IMG/VR virus record: IMGVR_UViG_3300022654_000689
Strand: one strand, 5' to 3'
Length of the DNA: 64,000 nucleotides
DNA from: a virus
Lineage: Duplodnaviria > Caudoviricetes
Made by a program: the position numbers and the translations under genes. How positions within the stretch are numbered: position 1 is the stretch's first letter; each line of letters starts with the position of its first letter. The notes beneath the pieces were generated by a model. It was not told where the DNA came from and searched no databases. It was given only the letters and a program-made list of their open reading frames with translations. Shown in pieces: positions 45,101 to 57,276 of the stretch.

Positions 45101-46563
45101 TACACCCCTTGAAATGGAGTATTTGCGTTTGCACACCATAGTACTTTTCCATTAACATCTCCAACATTTTTAACTTTATATAATATATCTATAGTCAATC
45201 CGTATCTTGCATTTTCAGCAAATGGAGCCCAGTCTATTTCTGCATATGTTTTTCCGTTAAACACTAATGCATTATCTATCCATCCATTTGTACCAAAGTT
45301 GAAGTTATGTAAAGTACATTTAACTCCATTACCACTTGTATCTTCCCATGTATTTCTAGTAATTGAGTCTTGTTGTTTTCCGTTCGCATCAAAGTTACAT
45401 ATTAAATCATGTGTTACTATTTCAAAAGGTATATAATCAACTGTGATTACTTCAACAGTCCAAGATAATTCATTTGATTTTATAGACCCATCTAGATTTG
45501 TTGAATATAATTTAAATGTATGTACACCTATTGATAGTTGGTCTCCAACGTTCCAATAGTTATATCCAGCAGATGATTTAGTCGTATCTACATGCACATC
45601 ATCAATAAATAAATAAGTTAAAAAATTTATTTCATCTTTCATACTGTTACGATATTCTATTTGTAAGTTTCTACCAACTTCTATTGAAGTTTGGGTAAAC
45701 TTACTACTTACATATAAACTACCACTATCCGCTAAAACTAAATTAAATACTAATTTATTAGAAGTTAAACGACCAGAAGTTGCGTATATTATAGCTTCAT
45801 GAACTCCCATAGTTTCTAAAAAACCTATGTCCCAAGTAGCTGATCCTTTTGGGTGGTCTTGTATTTCAGTCACTTGTCCATCTAATATTAAATATACTGT
45901 AATTGGATCATATGAAATTGTATCAATTTCATATTTTATTTTAACGAAGTCTTCTAAAGTTATATCATTAGAGTCATCAAATTTACTCGATACATGTAAA
46001 CCTCCAGCAACTATCTTAACTGTTATTGTACTAGTAAATTGACCTGCGATATCTACAACATAAATATCAACTCTATGCTCACCTTTTTCTATACCATTTA
46101 TTGTAAATTTATTATTACCGGGTGATATATTCTGTTCCTGAGTAACATAGTCTATACTTATGTATGCTGTACCAAATCCTTCATTTGGTGTTTTAAAAAA
46201 ATAATAAATATCTATTATATCATCTGTAGATACCATAATCTCTGATTCTGATAATAGTTCTATTGTAGGTTGTTCGACAGTAGGACCTCCACCACCTCCA
46301 CCGCCGCCTAAGCCACCATTTTCTTCAATATAATCAATTATATCATTTTTTATGACAGTTTTCAAAGTGTCAATTCTATTCTGCGTTTCTGCTACTTTAC
46401 TGCCTATTTCACTTAAACAGCCTTCGACATTTTTTGACTCATAAAGTCCTCCAACGTCTAATACTTTTTGTTGGCTGGCTAGATTGCTTGCTTTAACGAC
46501 CCATGCACCACGTTCTTCTTTTCCTTCAACAATGGCATTCGGATCCCAGATTTTTATTGACAT
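39108..46563 (-). CDS. About 2100-aa putative tail/receptor-binding protein: Ig/LamG-like, CotH-kinase-like and LRR/BspA-like repeats (exons 46563..43810 and 42659..39108)
   Basis: QGTSSLEYPVKNY, LKANFMDSS, DNFGKN and spliced WYPSFYDCDSMLG (CotH-like); LamG-like WTRMTW..IKNFRIYD; many ~25-aa LRR repeats. Confidence 0.8.
42660..43809 (-). mobile_element. Group I intron carrying an endonuclease
   Basis: P1 CGAU/GUCG; core AATTGACTTGGAA..GACAACAGGGGC..CTGAACGACTA..GATAGTC; terminal G at 42660; removal restores the frame. Confidence 0.88.
42738..43661 (-). CDS. Intron-encoded homing endonuclease (three CKCxCG repeats plus Vsr/PD-(D/E)XK-like domain)
   Basis: WICKCECG..KSCGC repeats; FRFDVF..AIEYDGEQH..RDEIKNKYC..LLRIPY. 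Confidence 0.85.
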   Translation of the reverse strand: MKIEKGMKFGKLLVLSKDEEKNKILREERRKGLRSSSPVYWICKCECGNTTSVPAQKLKENKIKSCGCEKIKYNLADYVGKHIESWTILKVVDDSHFMCKCDCGTISNVRAYNIFEGKSTNCGCKRKLMLREKHEKDITGMKFGKLTILKKIGLNEHGKNVYECKCDCGTIKNIVGSMVSGGYTYSCGCVHSKNNKILSDVLVEQNIPHKQEYFVKVDDNNYFRFDVFLETLNAAIEYDGEQHFKPVDFAGKGEEYAKEQLKITQQRDEIKNKYCKDNDITLLRIPYWEKDNIEKLVIQFINELKSR

Positions 46564-46605
46564 ATTTTATATTTCAACCCCTTTCGTGGAAAGTGATTAT
46601 TTCCA

Positions 46606-46617
46606 TATATGTATGTT
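46606..46617 (-). promoter_or_regulatory. Late promoter motif
   Basis: AACA-TACATA-TA upstream of the giant gene. Confidence 0.65.
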
Positions 46618-46645
46618 TCAATATAAAAAACAACGAAAGCTAATA

Positions 46646-47176
46646 TTAGCTTTCGTTGTTTATATGCTTAGAATAATCTATATATATTTTTAAAATATAA
46701 TCCATTAATGCTTCTAAAGGTATATATCCATCATAAAAATTATCAGGATTGAGAGGTATGCCTTTGTAGTTATACATTGAATAGCTTCGTTTCATTAAAT
46801 ATTCTCTAATAACATAGTAATCAGAAGTACTAATAAATCTTAAAATATGTCCAATATACGAAAGTTCTTCTCCATATAAAAGCCAGGATTCTTTAAATTC
46901 TCTATAAAGATCTTTAGCAATACCTCTAAATGATGATCTTTCAGGAAGCTCATTGTAACAGTATTTATCTCTTATTATATCAGCATCCCTATCTAACTCT
47001 CTATATAGTTTTACAGCCTCTACTCGATTATTATCATCAATAAATTTTTTAAGTTTTATTAATTTAGAACTGTCTATTTCATCTATTAAGAATAAATTAT
47101 ATCCTCTATTTTTAGTCAAATAATCAAATAACATTTCTGCAGATTCAAATTGTGCTTCTATACTTATACCTCTCAT
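46646..47176 (-). CDS. Hypothetical protein
   Basis: 176-aa ORF between the structural genes. Confidence 0.6.
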   Translation of the reverse strand: MRGISIEAQFESAEMLFDYLTKNRGYNLFLIDEIDSSKLIKLKKFIDDNNRVEAVKLYRELDRDADIIRDKYCYNELPERSSFRGIAKDLYREFKESWLLYGEELSYIGHILRFISTSDYYVIREYLMKRSYSMYNYKGIPLNPDNFYDGYIPLEALMDYILKIYIDYSKHINNES

Positions 47177-47221
47177 TTCATCATCATCCTTTAAACAATA
47201 ATGATAATTTGTTTTTATAAA

Positions 47222-50200
47222 TTAATCCAATCTAGGTTTTGGATCTAATATTTCTTGCCCTTTAGATCTCCATGGTATTACTATTTCATCTACTAATTCT
47301 ACTTGCTGTGTTCCATAAGGCGCAACTACGTCGTTTTCATTAGCATCTTTTACAACTATTCCTTTTAATTGATAAGTTTTACAACTAAATTGATCATTGC
47401 TTATTTCTATCATCGCATAAGTTGGAGCTTGTGGATGATCACCAACGTATCCATACCACCAAGGTCTAGTTGCATTATTATTTACTTCTGGGTTATTAGT
47501 AACACCTTGTATTATTTCTTTACCAGATAATTTAAATCCAGCAGCTTGATTCATTATATAAGTTGTACCGTTATTCCAATCTGGTGCATGAGATATAGTA
47601 CCATGCCCTAAAGCAGTTTCTTCTTCAGCAGTAGCAACTCCTGTTGCATCGAAACCATCTTTTTTAGGATATCCATCATAACCAGAATATATAGGTATTG
47701 ATCTAGAATAAGTGTGGTTATGTCCACAAAGTACTACATGAACTCTATGTTTTTCAAATACCGGTATAAATCTTTGTAACCATAGCGGTCTTATTATAGT
47801 GAATGGAGATAAATGCATATATACAACTGTCCATTTAGTTTTATCATTATCTTCGTCTTTAGTTAGATCTGCATCTAACCATTCACATTCTTTTTGTATC
47901 CATCCATCTACATTAGTTGGATCACCTGTAGCTAATTCCATCATTCTCTTATCTTTATTGTTAGAGTTTAAGCTTACAAAATGAACTGGTCCAAGATCCC
48001 AAGAATAAGCAGAAATATATGGAGATTTATCTTCGCCTTCTGGTAAGAAATGGTCTTCAGCAGTCATATAGTAAGTAAATGGTTTTGAATCTGTTTTGTC
48101 AGCAAGATCGTTGTTGCCGCAAGTTATCATGTGACAACAGTTTCTTGTAGATTCAAGTGAATATTGGAAGTAACCTCTCCATTCAAATGATCTATTAGCA
48201 TTTTGAGAAATATCGTGTATTGTCGATTACACCGCTAAGTAATCACTGTATATTTCTATACAGACTAGACTATATCATGATCTTATTAAAGATCTTCTCC
48301 ACTGTCCTTCTGCGGATTTTGAAGGAACTTAGTCGTTGAACGTCTCTCTTTTAATGTTTTATCTAAAATATTTGAAATATTATCATAATCGTAATAAGGA
48401 ATTCTTAATAGGAATATATTAGAGTCTTCACAAAACTTAGTTTTTGCTTTGTCTCGTTCTTTAATTTCATTAAATTCTTCATCAGTCATTCCAAATTTTT
48501 TCTGAAAATGTTGTTCCCCATCAAACTCTATTAATAGATTTAATGATTCTACAAAAAAATCAAATGGCAAAGTATACTTATATTTACAATTTTCAAATCT
48601 TTTTTGTCTTTCGTATTGTAAATTCGATTTATCAAGAATTTCGCATATTTTCTTTTCACCTTTTGATTCTTTTTCGCAATTACAACCTCTTCCTTTTTGG
48701 AAATTTATATAAGTTGAGCTGTATGGATTTCCATGAGGACATATCATATCCAAATGATCACTGTTTCTCACATACGTTTGTGATAGAAGTTTATAACCTC
48801 TTTTTTCTATAACTGTTTTAACGTCATTATAGTCAAGCCTTTGGCTAATATTATGAATCTTATTATCACATAATTTACATTTACTTCCAGCTTTTATACT
48901 GTCAGGTGTCATTTTTATTTCATGACCCTTGTCGCAAATTATATCAAGTTTCTTTTTAGAACCTAACCATTTATTAGATACTAATTCATAATTATTGCTA
49001 TCTAAGATTTTTTTAACTTCATTTAATCTTTCTTCATCTTTACAATGAGGACATCTTCTATTGTTACGTATATTAGAAATAGTAGTATTCCATGTATGAC
49101 CTTTATCACAAATTATATCAAGTTTAGTGTTTTGATCAATATAATCATCTTCATTTCTAAAGCTATATCCTATCTTTTTCAAATATTCTTTATTACTATT
49201 AATCGCATTTATTCTTCTAGATTCTAAATTATTTATTTTTCTACCCATTCTCAACACCTCTAATTACTTGTTGAGCTATTTTTAACATTAAAAAAGATTT
49301 CGCTGCTGATTTGCCATTGCACTAGTACTTAGGTTTTAACCTTATACCATCTAACCTATTTTTTCTGCTTTCGCCGCATTCGCATTTAGGATTTAACCTT
49401 GTGCTGTAGCTAGGTTAGCTTTAGGCTCTTCCAGCAATTCAAAGAATTTGCTATAATTATTTCTAATTATAGGGAGAAATTTCTCCAGTATTTAGATGCC
49501 AATCCCATCCTTCTGGTTCTTGTTCTACTATATTTTGATAGTTAACTTTCCATGCTTGATATTGTTCTGTAGTCCATCCTTGTTGGTCTGAAGTCCATAA
49601 TATTCTCATAACGTCATCAGCGCCATAAGTTTTTACTTTAAATGTAGCTATATCTGACCACATACCTTCAGTACCACATTGATATTCGTATTCACCTGGT
49701 TCTAAGTCTCTTATTATAGCTCTATGTATAGTAGCCTCTGTATCAAAATGAGATACTATTTCTCTTTGAGTTTCTACAGTAACCCATTTATTAGTATTAA
49801 CTAATCTATATCTTACCCAACCTTCGTCCATAACTGGTGTTTGATAAGTAAATGTACGAGTTTTTTCTCCATCTTTACCATAACATATATTAACTAAGTT
49901 AGGAACATTTTCTTTTAATTTAAGTTTATCAAAGTATATATCCCATTTTCCATCTTTTAAACTTCTTGGTCTGTAAGTTTCAACATCACAAGTTCTAAAG
50001 TCTAATGCTCTAGCTGCAGTTTGATTGTTTTCAGGTTGATCTTTAAAAGCAAAATCAGCAGCACTTTGACAGAAATCAAGTCTACGTATACCTATATCTT
50101 TACTCATTAATTGACCATATCTATATTCATATGCTTGAACTTTTTTGTCAGTAGTAAGTCCTCCTGCAGCTAGCATATCTATATAACCAATAGCTTTATT

Positions 50201-50878
50201 ATTGTTACCATCGTGATTCCAAGGGTTACCTCCTTGAGAATCAGTTGGTGGTTTACCTATTGATAAATATGCTGAAAATCCATCTTCTGGAAGGTTTACA
50301 TCCCACTCCATATCATAATTATTTACTTTTAATCTAGTACCTAATAATACTGGATCTGATACTTGTCTACATCTAACAAGAAATGAATGTTGATATGGTA
50401 TTATTCCTTCAAGAGCAAGACTTGTCCATCCACCTGTTGCGCCTTTAACACTTAAATATAGTCCTTTAAGATTAAGATCTAAACCATTAGGCTGGTTGTT
50501 ATAAAGTTCTATATAATGATGTGATGCAGGTGTATTATTTGCATTTTTATCTCCAGCCCCATACATTGAATTTATAATTAAACCGTTATATGTACCACTA
50601 GCTGATGGATCTGGTTCTGGTGCTTCAAATGCTTCAATAGGATATATAACAAATTCTCCATCGCCATTCATTCTAACTCTAAATTTACTTCCATCAGCTG
50701 AAGATAACTCAACATAGTCAGCTCCACCTTTATTTATAGCACCTCTAAGAACATCTACTGTAATAGATCTATTTGATAATGTATCTCCTTCTTTAAGAAC
50801 TATAGGTAATATATAATCATCTTTAACATTATCACTATTTGTAATCGGTGTCATTTCCGAAATTTTTTTATTAGCCAT
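47222..50878 (-). CDS. Purple-acid-phosphatase-like metallophosphoesterase with lamin-tail/FN3-like N-terminus (exons 50878..49483 and 48213..47222)
   Basis: WTSDQQ, spliced NTGDISQ, CGNND, VYMH, LCGHNHTYSR; LTD-like YIELYN..LNLKGLYL. Confidence 0.85.
48214..49482 (-). mobile_element. Group I intron carrying an endonuclease; non-canonical 5' splice site
   Basis: Core GAATTGCTGGAA..AATCAGCAG..TTCAACGACTA..GATATAGTC; terminal G at 48214; only a GGAG|AT join restores Gly-Asp. Confidence 0.85.
48286..49248 (-). CDS. Intron-encoded homing endonuclease (C-x2/3-H Zn-ribbon repeats plus Vsr/PD-(D/E)XK-like domain)
   Basis: ICDKGH repeats; ESKGE..LPFDF..LIEFDGEQH..RDKAKTKFC..LLRIPY. Confidence 0.85.
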   Translation of the reverse strand: MGRKINNLESRRINAINSNKEYLKKIGYSFRNEDDYIDQNTKLDIICDKGHTWNTTISNIRNNRRCPHCKDEERLNEVKKILDSNNYELVSNKWLGSKKKLDIICDKGHEIKMTPDSIKAGSKCKLCDNKIHNISQRLDYNDVKTVIEKRGYKLLSQTYVRNSDHLDMICPHGNPYSSTYINFQKGRGCNCEKESKGEKKICEILDKSNLQYERQKRFENCKYKYTLPFDFFVESLNLLIEFDGEQHFQKKFGMTDEEFNEIKERDKAKTKFCEDSNIFLLRIPYYDYDNISNILDKTLKERRSTTKFLQNPQKDSGEDL

Positions 50879-50893
50879 GTTAGTATTCCCTCC

Positions 50894-51973
50894 TTAAATT
50901 TCTTGAATTATGTATTCACCAAATTCTGTTATTAACACGTCTCCAGTTTCCCCTATAACTTTGTTAGTTGTATTTTGCGAAGATTCAGAATTTTCATTAT
51001 CATTTCCAGATGAAATTTCATTGATTATATAATCTCCGTTTTCTGTAACGAAGAAATCTCCGTTTTCAAGAAGTATTACATCTTTCTTAGGCACAGAAGG
51101 TTCAATATATTCTATTACTTCATCGACTATATAATCTCCATCTTCTGTAATGAAGAAATCTCCGTTTTCAAGAATTAATTTTATTACATTTTCAACAGTT
51201 GGTTTATCTTCATCATCAGGCCATGTTATATTTCCATTTTTAATAATAGCTTTTATATTATCCACGTCTTTTCTAAGACTTTCGATAGATTCTAATATAG
51301 CTTTAAGCATTCCATTGTTAGTTTCATCATTTATAATATCTTCATTTATTTCATCATCAGATATATCTATCCAAACCATCGTTTTATCTTCAGGAGGTAC
51401 AGAACCTACGTGAATATTAGTACCAAATGTATTAATATTTGCCCATTCATCCCCTAAAAATATATATGTATTTCTAGTATTTTTGACAAACGCCATACTT
51501 CCGGTTCCAACGGCGTTCCCATATTTACCTAATATTTGTTCTACTTCAATATCATTATCAACTCTGAATACACGGTGGTATGTGTCGTCTAATTCTTCTT
51601 TATCAACTTTTTCATCTATAAGTTTCTTAATATCATTTACTTCGTCATCTAATTCTTCTTTATCAACTTTATTATTCCAATTTTCTAAATCTTTTATAGT
51701 TATTTCTTTAAGTGCTTCGTGGTTTTCTAAATTTGTAGAAAAATCAGGTGATGCTGTAAAGGGTTTCCAATTATTATTACCAATATATACATAATAAACT
51801 TTTTTAGATGAAACATAACAAAGCATACCAATTTGCTTTTTTTCATCGACTATATTATTCATTTCATTCACTGTTTCTGTATAATGAATACCGCCCTGAA
51901 CGTCATTAGATAGAACTATAGGAAAATTACCATTATTTTTAGGTATAATAGTGCTTATTACTTCAATTGCCAT
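50894..51973 (-). CDS. Putative tail-fibre-associated protein
   Basis: IPKNNGNFPIV..GMLCYV; three LxENGDFxxTExG repeats; late operon. Confidence 0.55.
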   Translation of the reverse strand: MAIEVISTIIPKNNGNFPIVLSNDVQGGIHYTETVNEMNNIVDEKKQIGMLCYVSSKKVYYVYIGNNNWKPFTASPDFSTNLENHEALKEITIKDLENWNNKVDKEELDDEVNDIKKLIDEKVDKEELDDTYHRVFRVDNDIEVEQILGKYGNAVGTGSMAFVKNTRNTYIFLGDEWANINTFGTNIHVGSVPPEDKTMVWIDISDDEINEDIINDETNNGMLKAILESIESLRKDVDNIKAIIKNGNITWPDDEDKPTVENVIKLILENGDFFITEDGDYIVDEVIEYIEPSVPKKDVILLENGDFFVTENGDYIINEISSGNDNENSESSQNTTNKVIGETGDVLITEFGEYIIQEI

Positions 51974-51986
51974 TCATTTCATCCTC

Positions 51987-52901
51987 CTATCTAACACTTA
52001 TTTTTGTTAAACCTAATCCAGGGTTGTCGCTCTGATATACATAGTACTCTTCTACGATATTAGAATCATAATTGTTAACGATAATAATACTTTCACCACC
52101 AACTTTTCTAAAACCACCAGTGAAACCATTATTTATAAATGATATATTTTTTTCTCCAGCATAAGTTTTCTCTACTATACTTTTTGGGAGTGCTATATAA
52201 ATATATTCATCGTTTTTCGCGTCTACTGTTATATCCATGCTTCTATCTATTATTAATTTATTATTTTGTAGTGATCTTACAAAACTTGCATTAATAATTT
52301 CTGGTTTTTTAGATACTCCCCAATAACCTTTATTTAAAAATCTAATTGTCAATATCTTATTAATAGTTTGATTCCCGTCTGTTACTTCTAGTTTAAATTC
52401 TATATTTTTTGAAACTGCAGAATGATATGCAAAACTTCTTTCATTTCGTTCCAATGGTTCTTTTTTAGTGACACCATCTAATTTATATATTATGCTTTGT
52501 TCTTCTATAGTTTTTTTATTGTAACTCCATTCAAATATTAATGAATTTAGAATTTGGCCTACTTCAAAATTAGTACCGCTTTTACATTTAAAATCAGTAA
52601 TTACTAAATTTTTATAAAGTAAACGATCTAAAGCTTGTTTAACAGATATAATTTCACCTTCGTCTGTATTGTATGATATATCTGCGGCAGTTAGGTTAGA
52701 TAGGTCTATACCGCCGTTATCGATTGTAACACTAGTATTAAGTAACACCCAATTATTATAATCAAGTCCATATGCCATATAACAATTTTGATTAAGTATA
52801 TCAATACATAATTGACCTATAAATGAAGGTTCTATTCTTGATTCTACTGGGCTTATGCCTATTAATTTAATAATATCGTCTCTAGTAACATGTATTGCCA
52901 T
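51987..52901 (-). CDS. Putative tail-associated structural protein
   Basis: VKQALDRLLY..YIYIALP..YVYQSDN pattern; late promoter at 52927..52938. Confidence 0.55.
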   Translation of the reverse strand: MAIHVTRDDIIKLIGISPVESRIEPSFIGQLCIDILNQNCYMAYGLDYNNWVLLNTSVTIDNGGIDLSNLTAADISYNTDEGEIISVKQALDRLLYKNLVITDFKCKSGTNFEVGQILNSLIFEWSYNKKTIEEQSIIYKLDGVTKKEPLERNERSFAYHSAVSKNIEFKLEVTDGNQTINKILTIRFLNKGYWGVSKKPEIINASFVRSLQNNKLIIDRSMDITVDAKNDEYIYIALPKSIVEKTYAGEKNISFINNGFTGGFRKVGGESIIIVNNYDSNIVEEYYVYQSDNPGLGLTKISVR

Positions 52902-52989
52902 ATCGTATAACCCCCCTTTCTATTAATAAAATTTTGTTCCGAGCTATTAATTTAGATGATACGATTAGCTAATCGTATCATCTTTAGTT

Positions 52990-53538
52990 TTATTGGTTTT
53001 CAGGTGGTTGTGGAGTTGAATTAGCGTTTCTTCTTTTTCTAGCAGCTAATATTTCTTTAAGTATTACTTTAGCTTTGCCTTCATGTTTTCTATGTATTTC
53101 TTGTCTATATTGTTTTTTAAGTATTGCATGTTTTTTATATTTATCATATAATGGGTCTCCACTTCTTTTAGCTGAAAATAATGAGCATCTTTTTAAAAGT
53201 CTTCTTAATTGAGTTGCTTTATCAAATTTGACAACATTAGCTTCTAATAAAGCTTCTACTGTTTCTACTATTGAAAAATCTTCTGATAATAATAAGTCAT
53301 CATCATCTTCCATTAATCCTGATTCATCTAATAATACAGATTCTTGTAATATTAATTGATCTTCCATGTAGTATTCGTCAGCTTCATTTAACATCATTTC
53401 AGCTTGTTCTATTAATCTATCTAATTCAGCACTTTCTTCATCTATTGCTTGTTGTTCTACATCTGAGAAGAAAGAACCATCTTCTAATAGATATGAATCT
53501 TTTTCATATCCTTCATTATCAAAATTAAATATTTTCAT
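52990..53538 (-). CDS. Putative head protein with acidic propeptide and basic mature domain
   Basis: N-terminal half very acidic with LNE/LQE/LDE/LSE/LLE sites; C-terminal AKRSGDPLYDKY basic domain; late promoter 53579..53590. Confidence 0.6.
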   Translation of the reverse strand: MKIFNFDNEGYEKDSYLLEDGSFFSDVEQQAIDEESAELDRLIEQAEMMLNEADEYYMEDQLILQESVLLDESGLMEDDDDLLLSEDFSIVETVEALLEANVVKFDKATQLRRLLKRCSLFSAKRSGDPLYDKYKKHAILKKQYRQEIHRKHEGKAKVILKEILAARKRRNANSTPQPPENQ

Positions 53539-53998
53539 AATATAGTCTCCTTTTCTATTTAAATTCTAATTTTTTCAATATTAGTATGTTATTTATTTAA
53601 TTTTTATTTTAACACCAAAATTTATTATATTGTTATAACTTTTAATTAAAAAAATATATATTGTTTTATTATAATATATTTTCTAAAAATTTTAATTTTT
53701 TAAAAAAGTTATTTTTCAAAATTTATAGAACAATTGAATATTTCAATTTTCAATTGAATTAAAAATTCAATTTCAAATGGAACATTATTTAAGTTCCTGA
53801 AAATTCAATTGTTTAACCCGGTACTACAGTCAAATTTAAAATTTGACTTAAAAAAATTAAATATATAAATATATTTATTTATAATTAAAAAAAATAAAAT
53901 TTATTTAACAATAAATTAAATTTATTACTCATAATATCATCTCCCTTTATAATTATATATTAAAAAAATAATAGATAGACTATATATAGTCTATCTAT

Positions 53999-55048
53999 TT
54001 ATTCTTGTACAATTAATGATTTAAATAAATTACTTATTGATACAGATTTAATAGATTTAAATGATGCATATATTATAAATACAGTAGTACATAAACTAAC
54101 AATTTTATTAAATATAATTCCTAATAAGTCTAATATATTAACTTTATTACATTTAATATTATTCTTTATTATAGAGTCAATAATATCATTATAATCGTCT
54201 TTATGATCTAATATATCTAAATTATCATTATATTCAATATTGAAATAATTTACATCAGATTGATTTTTAATATCACTTAATTCAAATAAACATATAAATT
54301 TCCATTCTTTTCTTTTATACTCTTCAACCAAACATACAGTTTGTTTATTATCTTCATAGAATGTTACTCTATAATGTTCATAAACTTTATGTTTAATTTC
54401 AGTATTATCTTCAAGATGATTACCTAATTGATCATTTAATTTATGAGAATACTTATTATTGTAAATATGGTTTACAATATTATTACAGAAATATATCTTT
54501 CCTAATCTTCTTAATTTATTAATAGGTACATTAATATTATCATTTAATATTAATGGTTGATTATCTTCATCAAAATACATATCAAATTCATAAGTATCTT
54601 TATTAGTTTGATAGTACACTCCTCCAGATAGACCAAAATCAATATTATCGTTCTTAATACGATTCCAATTAACTGAATATGAGTTATCATCCAACTTACA
54701 TTCAGGTTTACTATATGAGTTATTAGTAGCTTTATCAACTTCAACTATAATCTCTTCAAATACAATATTAGAATTGTATAAGAATTTATAAAATAAAGCA
54801 ACTAACTTTTTTACAGTTTTCAATAATAGAATAACAATACTATAACGTTTTCCTCCTAAACGTTTTTCAATATTGTTATCTATCTTATCTAAAACAGTAT
54901 TCAATTGTTCAACATAATTATTGAATAGCTTAAATACCACTTCAGATGATACTTTAAGCACTAGTTTAAGGATGTCACCAATCAGACTAAGTGCTTTACC
55001 ACAATTAGATAAAATCTTTGAGATAAAATCTCTAGCTTTATCATTCAT
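53999..55048 (-). CDS. Hypothetical protein with amphipathic/hydrophobic termini
   Basis: SD GGGAGG; 349-aa ORF. Confidence 0.6.
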   Translation of the reverse strand: MNDKARDFISKILSNCGKALSLIGDILKLVLKVSSEVVFKLFNNYVEQLNTVLDKIDNNIEKRLGGKRYSIVILLLKTVKKLVALFYKFLYNSNIVFEEIIVEVDKATNNSYSKPECKLDDNSYSVNWNRIKNDNIDFGLSGGVYYQTNKDTYEFDMYFDEDNQPLILNDNINVPINKLRRLGKIYFCNNIVNHIYNNKYSHKLNDQLGNHLEDNTEIKHKVYEHYRVTFYEDNKQTVCLVEEYKRKEWKFICLFELSDIKNQSDVNYFNIEYNDNLDILDHKDDYNDIIDSIIKNNIKCNKVNILDLLGIIFNKIVSLCTTVFIIYASFKSIKSVSISNLFKSLIVQE

Positions 55049-55157
55049 AATAACTACCTCCCTATTGTAGTATATTCAGTTGTAATATTCAGTTTTGTTG
55101 TGTTGTATTATATTGTCAAACCATCTTAATTATAATATACGTTTGTATAAAATGTTA

Positions 55158-55169
55158 AACAATGAATTA
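55158..55169 (+). promoter_or_regulatory. Late promoter motif
   Basis: AACA-ATGAAT-TA upstream of the RNAP subunit gene. Confidence 0.65.
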
Positions 55170-55203
55170 TTATGTTACGATAAAAAAATTAAGGAGGGCT
55201 ATT

Positions 55204-56914
<1,711 letters not shown>

Positions 56915-56923
56915 GTGATTTAG

Positions 56924-57262
56924 ATGGCAAAAAAGAGATATGTATATGAAAATGTAGAAGTTATAAAAATAGTAGATGGAGATACTATTGATGTAATGAT
57001 AGATTTAGGTTTTAATGTATGGCAAAAAGTTAGAGTAAGATTATATGGAATAAACGCTCCCGAAGTTAAAGGAGAATCAAAAGCTGAAGGTAAAAAATCA
57101 ACTGAATTCCTTAAAGAACTTCTTCCGTTAAATAGTTTTATAAAAATGGAATGTGTTGGCAAAGACAAATATGGAAGATGGTTAGGAGATTTATATTTAG
57201 AAGATTTATTCATAAATGAATATCTTATAGAACAAGGATATGCTGAAAAATATATGGAGTAA
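56924..57262 (+). CDS. Thermonuclease (SNase-like)
   Basis: IVDGDTID..VRLYGINAPE..DKYGRWLG..LIEQGYA. Confidence 0.9.
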   Translation: MAKKRYVYENVEVIKIVDGDTIDVMIDLGFNVWQKVRVRLYGINAPEVKGESKAEGKKSTEFLKELLPLNSFIKMECVGKDKYGRWLGDLYLEDLFINEYLIEQGYAEKYME

Positions 57263-57276
57263 GTAAGGTATAAACC

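Noticed and set aside
51050-51670. Short DNA direct repeats inside the 50894..51973 gene
   Set aside because: They simply encode protein repeats (ENGDFF, KVDKEELDD).
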